Shown one piece after another: positions 7,410 to 17,603 of a stretch of 64,000 nucleotides of DNA. The stretch lies in IMG/VR virus record IMGVR_UViG_3300011113_000642, positions 1 through 64,000 of that record. The stretch is one strand, 5' to 3'. The stretch's first letter is position 1. Every line of letters begins with the position of its first letter. Both the position numbers and the translations under genes were made by a program. The notes under the pieces were generated by a model. The model had not been told where the DNA came from and searched no databases. It saw nothing but the letters and a program-made list of their open reading frames with translations. This DNA is from a virus.

Positions 7410-7775
7410 ATGAAAATCCCTGAGCTAGTTTACGAAATTCGCAACTTGGCTCGCAAAGAAGAAGATCCCCTCAAAAAGGATCTTTTTTATCAATGCGCCA
7501 AGTCATTAGAAATTCTTGGAAATATTGCCAAAATTGCTGATCTTGCCGTTGCAGAACATAACTCGGCTGAAACACCGGCAATAAATGAAGATGAAACAAT
7601 TAAATGGAATATTGATGATGTAACTTTAAAAATGTTAGATGAGCACATTGATGCTCTTGTACATTATGGTTTTATGAATAAAGATGATAGATGGCCTTAT
7701 GGAGACCAACCATTTACCAAATTTGTTTCAAAATATTTAAAATCTCAAATTGTAAATGATTCAAGTATGGAATAA
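7410..7775 (+). CDS. Hypothetical protein
   Basis: 121-aa ORF with AAGGAG SD. Confidence 0.65.
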   Translation: MKIPELVYEIRNLARKEEDPLKKDLFYQCAKSLEILGNIAKIADLAVAEHNSAETPAINEDETIKWNIDDVTLKMLDEHIDALVHYGFMNKDDRWPYGDQPFTKFVSKYLKSQIVNDSSME

Positions 7776-8341
7776 ATTTTAGGAGGTATACTTTTATGAC
7801 TGCATACCTCCATACTTGATGGCATTACTTTAAGAACTATAGGACTTCTATATGGACTTTTTTTGTAGGAACAAAACTTTCTAGTTTTTTCCATCATAAA
7901 GTGACTATAGATGTAACAGTGAGCGCGTTTAGCGTAAAGTTTTTTATCTATTTTAAGATTAAACTTTTTAATAACTTTGACTGCTCGTTTTTCACAATCT
8001 CGCTCCATGGCACGAATAAGAAAAAATGCTCTTTTAATTTTTTCTGGTGAATAATTTTGACCACGAAACCAATCGTCTATAATATATCCAGCCAAGTCAG
8101 ATTTTTTATAAATTTTTGACTTGTTGATGCACTGTAAAAAATGACAATATTCGTGAACCAAAGTTTCTAAAAAATTATGACAATTTTTAGCAATTTTAAT
8201 AATTTTACGACTTTCGTCAAAAAAACCTTCGCATCGGTAACCGCCGACGTTTACCAATTTGCCACGGCCAATAATAAGTTTCATGCCGTATTGTGCCAGA
8301 TGATTTTTCACATGACTGACAAACTGACGATTCCTGCTCAT
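7745..8341 (-). CDS. HExxH zinc metallopeptidase-like protein (ImmA/IrrE-like)
   Basis: LVHEYCH plus downstream E (MERDCE); GAGGAGG SD and CTAAATA upstream. Confidence 0.6.
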   Translation of the reverse strand: MSRNRQFVSHVKNHLAQYGMKLIIGRGKLVNVGGYRCEGFFDESRKIIKIAKNCHNFLETLVHEYCHFLQCINKSKIYKKSDLAGYIIDDWFRGQNYSPEKIKRAFFLIRAMERDCEKRAVKVIKKFNLKIDKKLYAKRAHCYIYSHFMMEKTRKFCSYKKSPYRSPIVLKVMPSSMEVCSHKSIPPKIYSILESFTI

Positions 8342-8375
8342 GGGACCTCCTCAGTCGATATTATTTAGGGAATTC

Positions 8376-8404
8376 CTTGACAGTCAAGTATTAGAGTGTA
8401 TAAT
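8376..8404 (+). promoter_or_regulatory. Sigma70 consensus promoter with palindrome over the -35 box
   Basis: TTGACA...TATAAT; CTTGAC-A-GTCAAG is a perfect inverted repeat. Confidence 0.7.
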
Positions 8405-8434
8405 AAAATACTTCTTATAAGAAAGGAAATTTTT

Positions 8435-8665
8435 ATGGAAATTACTAATGTTGACCGTCCGACCAAGATTCAGAGAGTTTTTGATTACATGCGTTCTGGG
8501 GCACCAATGACTGCTGGAGAAGCACGTAAGCGTTTCCGCGTGCAAAATATGCGTGCAACTATGCATGATCTTCGCGAGGCATTTGATCGTTTTGATCTAA
8601 ATTACACAATTTCCCGAACCACCCGGAATGGTCGTTCATATTATAAAATTGTTCGTAGTCGTTAA
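8435..8665 (+). CDS. Small winged-HTH-like DNA-binding protein (start reassigned to 8435)
   Basis: TKIQRVFDYMRSGAPMTAGEARKRFRVQNMRATMHDLR...YYK; AAGGA SD. Confidence 0.6.
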   Translation: MEITNVDRPTKIQRVFDYMRSGAPMTAGEARKRFRVQNMRATMHDLREAFDRFDLNYTISRTTRNGRSYYKIVRSR

Positions 8666-8690
8666 ATTTAAGTAATAATTTAAGTAAAAT

Positions 8691-8719
8691 AAAAACCCAC
8701 CATTTTTGGTGGGTTTTTA
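8691..8719 (+). terminator. Rho-independent terminator
   Basis: aaaaacccacca-tttt-tggtgggttttt. Confidence 0.8.
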
Positions 8720-8782
8720 TTTGCTATTATAAATATATTGCGTTATATTGTAATGCAAATTTTTACTTTAGTGAGCTAATAC

Positions 8783-11700
8783 ATGTCTAAAAATAATTGC
8801 TGCTGTGGTGGTGGTCCTGGCCCCGGATTAACTTTTGACACATTTTGCTGTAATCCATTATTATTTACTGACTTTATTACTCTTTATGGTGATAGTATGG
8901 CACAACATGCCGAAGTTAGTCCAGGAGATTGGATTGCTTTAAAACAAACACGCGAAATTCCATCAACTACAGAAGCCAACTGTGCATTTAAAAGCACGGG
9001 TTCTTGCAACTGTTGTTGTGATTGTGCTACATCGGCAGCACTTGGAAAAAATGTTGATAAAGAAACAGGCAATAATACATCATTAAATGCAAATAATTTA
9101 TTTGATAAAAATAATAAAGATGGTGTAATTATTAAAAATGGTAAACCAAAACCACAAAATAAAAAAAGAGTTGATAATGGTTTCTTTTTTTCTGGAACTA
9201 AATTAAATTTAAGTCGTCAAAAAGAAACCAATCCATCAATAATTAAAAAAACAAATTTAAATGGAACTGTTTCATATAATTATAATTTTAGTTTTACAAA
9301 AAATATTGCAACCGATCCAACCAATAAAGCGCAAAATATTAGTTCAGGAGAAAATGTTACTTTAGTTTTTGGTGAAGAAAAGGTTGAAGGTAATTACGTT
9401 TTAGGTGATGAAGTAGATATTTCTAAGCCAATAGTATTTACAGATCAATTTCAAGAAAACACCACTCCTGCATTTTCCACAGATTCTGATCAGGGTGGAG
9501 TTCCACCATTTGGTGAGGTTGAAAGAAATGATTGGGAAAATGAAATTCCTTGCGTGTGGAAATGCAATACACTTTTTTGTTGTGAAGATGCAACAACTTG
9601 TCCGCGTACTCCTTGTGAAGATTGCTGTTGTAGGCACAGAGAAGTAATTGGAGTTAGAGGATATCAACCAGCATATTTTGCTTACAAATATAGTGGATGC
9701 CATTTTACTTGGTATCCCAGAGAAATGTTATTTGGAAAAGATCCATATGTACCACAATGTATGAATAATGAAGTTCAAACTTTGGGAATATATTGTCCGC
9801 CATATGATGCAAATGACTTTTCTATAAAAAAGGTAACAACTTCATGTGGTGTAATGAGCATGTCAGCTCCGTGGCAAGGAACAGTAAGTAGACGTGATGT
9901 AGATATTCCATTTTGGTGTTCCGAAGCCAATCCTCCTGCACTACAAACAAGAATAACAACGGTACCAGGAACAATAAATCACTGGGCATGTCACTGTGCA
10001 ACAGTTCCCCATATTCATGGAGGTATGGTAGATTCTCTTACAAATACAATTAATGTAAGCCAGAGACCAGGACAACTAGGATATGTTTCTCAATTTAGAC
10101 CATTTTATCCTCCAATGGAAGCATCAGATCTTGGATGTTGTTGGTGTTCTTCTGTAAATCCACCTTCTCCAGCTGGAATTCAATTTCCTGTTCCAGAATG
10201 GATGGGAACAAAAGCAGGATGTAATACTTATTATCCATTTACAAATGGAATAGGCAAAGTTCCTAATTTTACAAATCCATGTGCTCCAGGTTTTGCTTGT
10301 CATTATTTTCATGGAATAAATCCAAATTATTTAACAGGAAACCCTGGTTACACGACCGAATGTTTTAGAAATGGAATATCACCATATTTACAAAAAGTGG
10401 CAAAAACTAGATTTAAAGCAGCATATGAAATATTTTTGCATGGAGATGGAGCTTTTAATGATTTTGGGCCAAATTACGTATTAAGTGAAATAAAAGTAAA
10501 TATGTTGTTGAGAGATTATGAAATTGCATTTAGAGAAGTTCCAAATGCAAAAACTTCTCTCAGAGATCAGTGTTTAGGATTTGTACAATTAGAACATCAT
10601 TTTGAATGTTGTGCTTTTAGATCAGATGTTGGGATAGCAACAAAAAATCCAGGAATTTTAATAAATAATTGTAACATAAGAATACCTCCCTTTGAAAGTG
10701 AAGGATATGCTGGTCACTTTACACCAGCTTCTGGACCTACTTGTTTTACGGCTGCACCAACTTCCGGTAAAGTAAGAGCAAAATATACCCCATATCATTA
10801 TAGCGCTTGTATGTGGCAAATAAAAAGAGGAATTCCACGAAGAGTAATGTACGCTGGTTCAGGGATTCCAATTTTTAAATTTGATTTGGTAAACATGGAA
10901 AATTGGACTTTAAAAAATCCAAATAGAGTATTAGATTTACCAGCATTTACTGTAGAAAGATTTATAGAACATTATTATCGTTATTATTTTGGATTAATTA
11001 GTTTTAATGGTGGTGGGTGTGGTGCAAATGGCCAGCCCCCCGAACCGATTGAATGGTCTTATGGTCACTACATAAACTCATATGAGTATGTTACCGGCTG
11101 GTTAGAAAAAATGGTTGAAGCCGGAATTTTAAGAATTAAAGACCATGCAATTGATATTGCTAAAGAAGTAAATCAACTTGTTGGAAGTGCATATTATGAT
11201 TCAAGTGGAGTTTTAGTTATTAGTCCTGAAGCTGCTAAAGAATGTGGTGGTGTTAATGGATTTTTTGATCTTCTTAACTTTTTTGAAGTCAGTCCCGGAG
11301 ATATATCCGTAACACCTAAAAAAGTTAAAGAAAAGCTATTTAATACCGCCGGAGCATATAGTTATGATGGACCCGGAACAGAAACCGGATCTAACGCAAC
11401 TTTTATGCGTGCATTTTTACCAAGAAGAGCTCGTTTACCCATCGGTCCTTTAAATTCTAAAGTAGAAGCTTGGGGGTGCAATGGAAATAGCCCTACAACG
11501 CAAATTGAAGGCTGTACAACATGTTTTGGTTTATCTATAGATGGAGTTTCATGCTGCTTACCTGAAATAAACTGTCCTTCATATGTTATTGACAGCATTA
11601 ATGTCCCACCATTATTAAATACCACAGAAGGAAATTTTAGTGATATACAGCCAAATAAAGTTATTTGTGGTTTGGCTGGAACTTTTGTAATTGACAGAAT

Positions 11701-14700
11701 AGGAAAATTAGCTATTTTTGGTGGAATTCCTGTCGGAGGAGATATGACATCATGTCCATCAACAATAAGAACTGGTTATCCCGGCAATCCTTCGGCTGAA
11801 TTTGATTTAAATTGTAGTTATGATATGCATCCAAATTCTATTGTAAATATTCCATGGTATTTAAATATTTTTTCTGCTTTTGATTTAGATCCAACTAGCT
11901 CTAATTTTGGTCAAATGTTAAGTTATGGAGAAATACCAGATGGAAAGGTTTTAGATATAGTTTTTAATCCTAATTTTGCTGTAGCTCTTTGTGAATTTGA
12001 TAAAGATGGTATAGGAAATGTGTGTTTAGATACTGGACTGCCAGGAGAGGTATCTTCATCCTGGAAACCTACTTGGGAATGGAATGAATGGTCTGTAGCA
12101 TATCAAACAACAAATACAAATGGAAGTAATGTATCTTTAAGATATAATCCATCACAATCAAGTTGGGATTCTCTTTGTATAACAAATGAACCCTGGGGAA
12201 CAGCTCCTGGAGATATTATAGATGATGGTAATGGCAATGAGGGTGATCCAAATAATACTCAAGTTAGTGTATCAGCTGATAATCCTGGAGCAAGAAGTAG
12301 CTACAGCAATTCACCAAAATATACATCATATAGATTAAAATCATGGGGTAGCAAAGGAAAAGATTATGGTACTTTTAGTTTAAGTAAAGAAGATTCTGTT
12401 GTATTTAATTATGGTAGCAAATATAATCAACCATCTTGGGCATGTCCAGATGAAGGCGAAATTGAAACTCAGATTAATGTGACAAGACAGTGTTCTTGTG
12501 GTGAATTTAATTCTGAGAATGGATTTGAAAATGGGTATCGTGGATATGATCCAACAATTAATCCAGAAAATTTAAGATATCCTGGAACAAATACTTGGTT
12601 TATATGGAATAAAATTGCGGGTGGTTTAAAACACTTTGCCGCACTTGATGATTTTGGTGGAGTTTTTATTACAGCATTGAGTGATAATGAGGATGGTCAG
12701 TCTGCAAAAGGAAAGCCGCTTCCATATTTTGATATAGAACGACAAGAATCTTGGCCGCAACAAGGTTATTCTGATCCAAAAACATATGCTCCTGATTATA
12801 ATGGATTTGAATCTAGATTTAATTATTTTAATCACATTCCAAGACCTGGTTTTATAAACAAAGAAGATTGGACACAGGATTTATATAATTCTTTAACTTC
12901 TAGATTTTCTCCATGGTTAAATTGTAATGGCGCATGTGCTGTTTCTGTAACAACGGGGCCAGCTGCTGGGCCAAATAACACACAAATAAACCCGTGTAAT
13001 GTTTTTAATTTTGCTTCTAAAATAGATAACGTAGCAGCAGATAGCCCTAAAATAGACCAATGTTATGATAATACTGATTTGGTTGGCGGTAATGTTCAAT
13101 TTTCTCCATGTGTGCAACCCATCAAACTACGTGACGGCACTACTTGTACATTTCCAGATCCAGCAAGCGGTAATCCAAATATTCAAAATAGATTGTTTGA
13201 TTTAAGTACACATTTTATGGGATCTTTCTGCCAAAGAGGTGTACAAGATGACAATTTTAATGCAAATACAGAAAGCAGTTATAATTGCAAACCAGCATAT
13301 GTAATTTTACAACAAGATTTTAATAATTTTCAACCAAGGTATGTAGATTTGGCGGCAGGTGCATTTAATACTATGCTGCTGACAAATGAAAACAGAATTG
13401 AATTATATGGCAAGTATTATCAAATTGATGAAAATGGAAATAAAATTGGTCCAAAAATAAAAATTACAAATCAAGATGGATCTGTTTCTGAAGTTATAAA
13501 AGGAATAACTTGTTATGTACCCAATTCTGTTTTGCAAAAACAAGGAATTTGGGGTATTACTTATGGTTGTCCAACTTATTGCCGAGGAATTACGTTTGAT
13601 GTAAATGGCAGTGAATTTGCAAATACTAGAGGAATAACGCACAACCCAATTATTTCAGCATCTTATAAAGAACCATCTCAAAATGATATATTTCAAATAA
13701 TTAAAAGCTCAGCAGATTATAGCCTAGCTATAACTAAAGATAATAAAATATTTGTTTGGGGAGATGCTAGTATGGTTCCCGGTGCTTATTTTAAAGATAC
13801 TTACATCCCGGGTTTAACTGCTGAAGCAGAATTATCATTAGCAAATATAGATACGGCTTATGCCTCGGTATTAAATACCATTCCAAGTGAAAGAATAAAA
13901 ATAACTAATGTTGCTGTTGGAATTCATTCTTTTTATATTAGTTATCAAATTTTAACAACTAATATTGGTCTCCCACTTCATAGAAACTGTGTTTATAGCA
14001 GATATGGTAGAAGTGATTTTGGCGCAGAATTGCCTTCAAATTTACAAAATAAAAAATTAATTTCAATTTCTGCCGGCAATGGTTTTGCTGTGGCTATAAC
14101 TTCAGATGGTGAAGGACCAAAAACATGGAATTCTAGTCATTTTGCTCCAGAAACAATAAAATACCAATATAAAAATTTTGATAGTCTTCCTTTATACTTT
14201 AGAAGAGATGCATACTTTCACGCTATTCCAGGAAACTGGGATTATTCAAAATGGATATGGGGAGATACTTGTTGTTTTGCAATTCATGATCCCGATCACC
14301 CGTGTTTAAAAGAAGATCGGTGTTCAGCTTTAGCTTATAGTATTTATAGAGATTTTGCAGGCAATCCCTTAAGCAGTACTATTCCAGATAATGACCCGAG
14401 AAGATTTAATGTAAGGAAATCTTATAGTGGTCATCCAGAGCATCTTTTTGCAAGATCAGATATGAGAAGAATAAGTTCACAAACAATTGGTAATATAGGG
14501 CTGGCTTATGACGACAATAACACATTAGCAAATTGTAATGCTGAAAGTGTTGATGGGGCCCGACCAGCATTTGGAACTGGTGCTCTAATTGGAGAGCTTA
14601 ATGATGATTTTAATTTTTGTTTTCAAAGTACTGGTCCGGGATGGGGTAGTTTTGTACCAAATTCACCACTTTCAAAAATAAGAACAAAAAAACCATCAAG

Positions 14701-16255
14701 ATTTGGTAGCTGTATAAATGATGCTTGTTCCGATAGACCAAGTTCAAAAAATAGAGGAGTGTGTAGTGATTTTTGGGGTGCATATCTGTGTTCCACAACA
14801 CAACCATCAATACAAAGTTCATTTTCAGCAACTAAAGATATATTTCAACAAAAAGTTATTTCTTGGGGAGATAATCCAATTGGAAATAATGTATGCCGTT
14901 CCTTTTTAGGATATACTGTAGATTATTTTAAATATTCACAAAGAAATTTTTATTTAGGATATGATTCAGAAAAAGATACTTGGGAAATATACAATAATCC
15001 AGATATTTTTAAAAATACATTAATAAATAAACCAATCATGACGGATACTTGCTGTGAAGCAAATCCAGATCCAGATAACTGTCCATCTTCAAATCCAGCT
15101 GCCTGGTTATGTCCAGGAGCTACTACATTTACAGATCCAACAAATTGTGGTTGGGGTGGAGGAATTACACAAGGAACAGCCGGATGCACTTCGTGGCCTT
15201 CTTTAGCTGGATATCCTATGGTTGGTCCAAATTATACTAGATATGATACTAATGTAATTCCACCACATTATCCTAGAGATTCACAAATATTATATGCTTT
15301 GTTGATGAGTGATGGTGCTGTGAGTGGTGGCAATCCTTGTAGCATAAATCCATGTTATTCTCTCGCAAATAGAGAGTTAGTTGTTGGAAGATTTGCTGGA
15401 CCTGGTGGATTTGCATTTAATGTTGAACTTATAAATTGTAATAATACCATTAACACGGATAATTATACTTATAAACCGGTTGCACTAATATCAGAAACAC
15501 CATTTACTTTACTTAAAGGAGTTCAGTCAAGTATTAGTACAACTATACCACCAGAAAATGATCCAGATTATAAAAGCATAGGATTCAGAAAAGTATTAGA
15601 TGATCCAAATTATACAAATATTAATTTGGGAGATTTTATAAACAAACTACCACAAGAACACTTTTTTAGATTTGGAAATTATGGCCTTCCCGGAACTGCT
15701 GGTAAAGTTATAGCAGATAATCATGGTTTAGTTGCAGGAAATATGGTAATTTTTAAAAATTATAGAGATCGTGGTTATACTGGTGAGGGCGGTGTAATAC
15801 GAGAGGTTAGAATTAAATTAAATCCAGCTAATCAAAATAATAATGAAAATTTTCTTCAATTAGAAAAAGAATATTTTGTTTCTAATAGAAATTTATTTGA
15901 AAATTCTTTTTCAATAACGGAAACAATAGAAGATGCATTATCTGGAAATAACATAATTCCATTTTGGGTAGCAACTAATTATGGTGGTACTACTGCAGAC
16001 TCTTATGAAGTAAATACTAAATGGTATCCAATGTTTGATGAAATTCCTAGCAATTATCATGGAATTGCCGGAACAAGTTTGGCTGACACAGGCTGTTTTA
16101 TTGGTGGAACTGAAGATTGTTACGAATTAGATAGTAATGGAGTGGCACCAATAGATGGACAACATGTGATATTATTAACTAGTCCAATGGGAGTGGGTAC
16201 AATAGTTGGAATGCTTTGGTTATGTATACTTCAAGATTGCTGTGGTGCCGAATAA
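8783..16255 (+). CDS. Giant Cys-rich protein with RCC1/BLIP-II-like blades, putative receptor-binding/virion appendage
   Basis: 2490 aa; many CC/CCC clusters; repeats such as KIAGGLKHFAAL, LAAGAFNTMLL, SSADYSLAITKDNKIFVWG, ISAGNGFAVAI; TATAAATA upstream. Confidence 0.6.
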   Translation: MSKNNCCCGGGPGPGLTFDTFCCNPLLFTDFITLYGDSMAQHAEVSPGDWIALKQTREIPSTTEANCAFKSTGSCNCCCDCATSAALGKNVDKETGNNTSLNANNLFDKNNKDGVIIKNGKPKPQNKKRVDNGFFFSGTKLNLSRQKETNPSIIKKTNLNGTVSYNYNFSFTKNIATDPTNKAQNISSGENVTLVFGEEKVEGNYVLGDEVDISKPIVFTDQFQENTTPAFSTDSDQGGVPPFGEVERNDWENEIPCVWKCNTLFCCEDATTCPRTPCEDCCCRHREVIGVRGYQPAYFAYKYSGCHFTWYPREMLFGKDPYVPQCMNNEVQTLGIYCPPYDANDFSIKKVTTSCGVMSMSAPWQGTVSRRDVDIPFWCSEANPPALQTRITTVPGTINHWACHCATVPHIHGGMVDSLTNTINVSQRPGQLGYVSQFRPFYPPMEASDLGCCWCSSVNPPSPAGIQFPVPEWMGTKAGCNTYYPFTNGIGKVPNFTNPCAPGFACHYFHGINPNYLTGNPGYTTECFRNGISPYLQKVAKTRFKAAYEIFLHGDGAFNDFGPNYVLSEIKVNMLLRDYEIAFREVPNAKTSLRDQCLGFVQLEHHFECCAFRSDVGIATKNPGILINNCNIRIPPFESEGYAGHFTPASGPTCFTAAPTSGKVRAKYTPYHYSACMWQIKRGIPRRVMYAGSGIPIFKFDLVNMENWTLKNPNRVLDLPAFTVERFIEHYYRYYFGLISFNGGGCGANGQPPEPIEWSYGHYINSYEYVTGWLEKMVEAGILRIKDHAIDIAKEVNQLVGSAYYDSSGVLVISPEAAKECGGVNGFFDLLNFFEVSPGDISVTPKKVKEKLFNTAGAYSYDGPGTETGSNATFMRAFLPRRARLPIGPLNSKVEAWGCNGNSPTTQIEGCTTCFGLSIDGVSCCLPEINCPSYVIDSINVPPLLNTTEGNFSDIQPNKVICGLAGTFVIDRIGKLAIFGGIPVGGDMTSCPSTIRTGYPGNPSAEFDLNCSYDMHPNSIVNIPWYLNIFSAFDLDPTSSNFGQMLSYGEIPDGKVLDIVFNPNFAVALCEFDKDGIGNVCLDTGLPGEVSSSWKPTWEWNEWSVAYQTTNTNGSNVSLRYNPSQSSWDSLCITNEPWGTAPGDIIDDGNGNEGDPNNTQVSVSADNPGARSSYSNSPKYTSYRLKSWGSKGKDYGTFSLSKEDSVVFNYGSKYNQPSWACPDEGEIETQINVTRQCSCGEFNSENGFENGYRGYDPTINPENLRYPGTNTWFIWNKIAGGLKHFAALDDFGGVFITALSDNEDGQSAKGKPLPYFDIERQESWPQQGYSDPKTYAPDYNGFESRFNYFNHIPRPGFINKEDWTQDLYNSLTSRFSPWLNCNGACAVSVTTGPAAGPNNTQINPCNVFNFASKIDNVAADSPKIDQCYDNTDLVGGNVQFSPCVQPIKLRDGTTCTFPDPASGNPNIQNRLFDLSTHFMGSFCQRGVQDDNFNANTESSYNCKPAYVILQQDFNNFQPRYVDLAAGAFNTMLLTNENRIELYGKYYQIDENGNKIGPKIKITNQDGSVSEVIKGITCYVPNSVLQKQGIWGITYGCPTYCRGITFDVNGSEFANTRGITHNPIISASYKEPSQNDIFQIIKSSADYSLAITKDNKIFVWGDASMVPGAYFKDTYIPGLTAEAELSLANIDTAYASVLNTIPSERIKITNVAVGIHSFYISYQILTTNIGLPLHRNCVYSRYGRSDFGAELPSNLQNKKLISISAGNGFAVAITSDGEGPKTWNSSHFAPETIKYQYKNFDSLPLYFRRDAYFHAIPGNWDYSKWIWGDTCCFAIHDPDHPCLKEDRCSALAYSIYRDFAGNPLSSTIPDNDPRRFNVRKSYSGHPEHLFARSDMRRISSQTIGNIGLAYDDNNTLANCNAESVDGARPAFGTGALIGELNDDFNFCFQSTGPGWGSFVPNSPLSKIRTKKPSRFGSCINDACSDRPSSKNRGVCSDFWGAYLCSTTQPSIQSSFSATKDIFQQKVISWGDNPIGNNVCRSFLGYTVDYFKYSQRNFYLGYDSEKDTWEIYNNPDIFKNTLINKPIMTDTCCEANPDPDNCPSSNPAAWLCPGATTFTDPTNCGWGGGITQGTAGCTSWPSLAGYPMVGPNYTRYDTNVIPPHYPRDSQILYALLMSDGAVSGGNPCSINPCYSLANRELVVGRFAGPGGFAFNVELINCNNTINTDNYTYKPVALISETPFTLLKGVQSSISTTIPPENDPDYKSIGFRKVLDDPNYTNINLGDFINKLPQEHFFRFGNYGLPGTAGKVIADNHGLVAGNMVIFKNYRDRGYTGEGGVIREVRIKLNPANQNNNENFLQLEKEYFVSNRNLFENSFSITETIEDALSGNNIIPFWVATNYGGTTADSYEVNTKWYPMFDEIPSNYHGIAGTSLADTGCFIGGTEDCYELDSNGVAPIDGQHVILLTSPMGVGTIVGMLWLCILQDCCGAE

Positions 16256-16277
16256 TCTCAATTAAAGGAAAATATAT

Positions 16278-16922
16278 ATGTCAAAAAATTTATTTAACAT
16301 TAGTAGCACACCCGTAATAACTTTTAATACTGCAAATGATAGTCAGGGGGGAATGCAAATTCCTTTAGATGATTATGGAAATATTCTTTCAAAAAATTAT
16401 AATTTAGAAAAAGGATTTTATAATAAACCAATACAAATAAATATATCTAAATTATTTTATATAAAAAAAATTAATATTGGTTTAGGAGATATAATTGATT
16501 TTTTTACTAGAAAACTTTATATTAAAGATTTAATTGTTTATTTAACAGACGGAAATTGTGGTTGTGAAGCAAGAAGAATAAAATTTAATAAATGGTTTAA
16601 AATTCCATTTATTAAATTTGGATTTAGAACTCTATATGCTAAAGATTTAATGGAAATTCAAAGTAAAAAAAATAAAAAAGGTAGTAAAGAAAATAAATTA
16701 AATTCATCTACTTTTATTGACAAAAATACAAATAAAATTATTTCTGAAAAAGATGTAATTATTGGTGATTCTAATGCTTCTTCTGATATTGCATATGTAA
16801 ATTATGTTAAAGAAAATAAAAAAAATATAGAGACAACAAATCCAACGCCCAACGTAACACGGAATCCTCCAGTAAATCCATCAAGAATTTCTGGTGGCTG
16901 TGGTTGTAGAAATAAAAAATAA
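16278..16922 (+). CDS. Hypothetical protein with CGC motifs
   Basis: GLGDII...GNCGCEARR..FN and C-terminal GGCGCRNKK; AAGGA SD. Confidence 0.6.
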   Translation: MSKNLFNISSTPVITFNTANDSQGGMQIPLDDYGNILSKNYNLEKGFYNKPIQINISKLFYIKKINIGLGDIIDFFTRKLYIKDLIVYLTDGNCGCEARRIKFNKWFKIPFIKFGFRTLYAKDLMEIQSKKNKKGSKENKLNSSTFIDKNTNKIISEKDVIIGDSNASSDIAYVNYVKENKKNIETTNPTPNVTRNPPVNPSRISGGCGCRNKK

Positions 16923-16971
16923 TACTTGACTAATATGTTTTATAAATTATATTTATTTTATAGGAGATTAT

Positions 16972-17295
16972 ATGAAAACTGGTTTATTTAAGTTTAAATA
17001 TGGCGAAGAAATTGTAAGTGATTATGAAGATCGCGGTGAATATTATTATATTGCCAATTCCGGTGGAATTTTTCAAAATGAAGATGGTGGATTTCAATTA
17101 AGCATTTGGATCCCCTATTCTTCTATTAGAAAAGGATTTATGATTCCTAAAAGTGAAGTATGGTTTGTAGCACCACTCCATCCAGAAATGGAAGAGTATT
17201 ATTCTAAATGGAAAGCAGCATTTGAAAAAACTATTGAAGTTCCATTACCAGAAAAACAAAATAAACAAAATAAACAAAACTTACAACACAATTAA
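16972..17295 (+). CDS. Sm-like xxGEE family protein (probable paralog of 6333-6638)
   Basis: LFKFKYGEEIVS...WIPYS; AGGAG SD. Confidence 0.55.
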   Translation: MKTGLFKFKYGEEIVSDYEDRGEYYYIANSGGIFQNEDGGFQLSIWIPYSSIRKGFMIPKSEVWFVAPLHPEMEEYYSKWKAAFEKTIEVPLPEKQNKQNKQNLQHN

Positions 17296-17321
17296 AAAAT
17301 ATTATTCCTAAATATTTTTAA

Positions 17322-17603
17322 ATGTTTAGGGGCAAATATCAAAAAATTGGAACAAATGGTGTCGCCGTTTATTATGGAAATGGCGACACTATTATTTTTG
17401 AAGGAAATTTATATAAAAATGTAACACCTACTATTAATTCTCCTTTTGCAGAACCAAGTAGTTGGGAATATTTGGGTGTTTATAATCTTTATAGCAGAGA
17501 AAAACCACCAATAAATCCTAAAATTGGACAGTTATGGGAATCTAATGGCAAAGTCTATACTTATTACTATGACGGTAATAATTTTAGTTGGATTCAATTT
17601 TAA
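17322..17603 (+). CDS. Small putative virion/carbohydrate-binding protein
   Basis: YGNGD.IIFEGNLYK...SWE; P.NPKIGQLW...WIQF; CTAAATA upstream. Confidence 0.5.
   Translation: MFRGKYQKIGTNGVAVYYGNGDTIIFEGNLYKNVTPTINSPFAEPSSWEYLGVYNLYSREKPPINPKIGQLWESNGKVYTYYYDGNNFSWIQF

Noticed and set aside
8884-15189. Short alternative-frame and antisense ORFs within the 2490-aa gene
   Set aside because: Expected by chance; no independent expression signals
8783-16255. Possible diversity-generating retroelement target
   Set aside because: No reverse transcriptase and no template/variable repeat pair seen in the window
17253-17280. AAACAAAAT tandem repeat (KQN x3)
   Set aside because: Simple in-frame slippage repeat at a C-terminus with no further evidence of function
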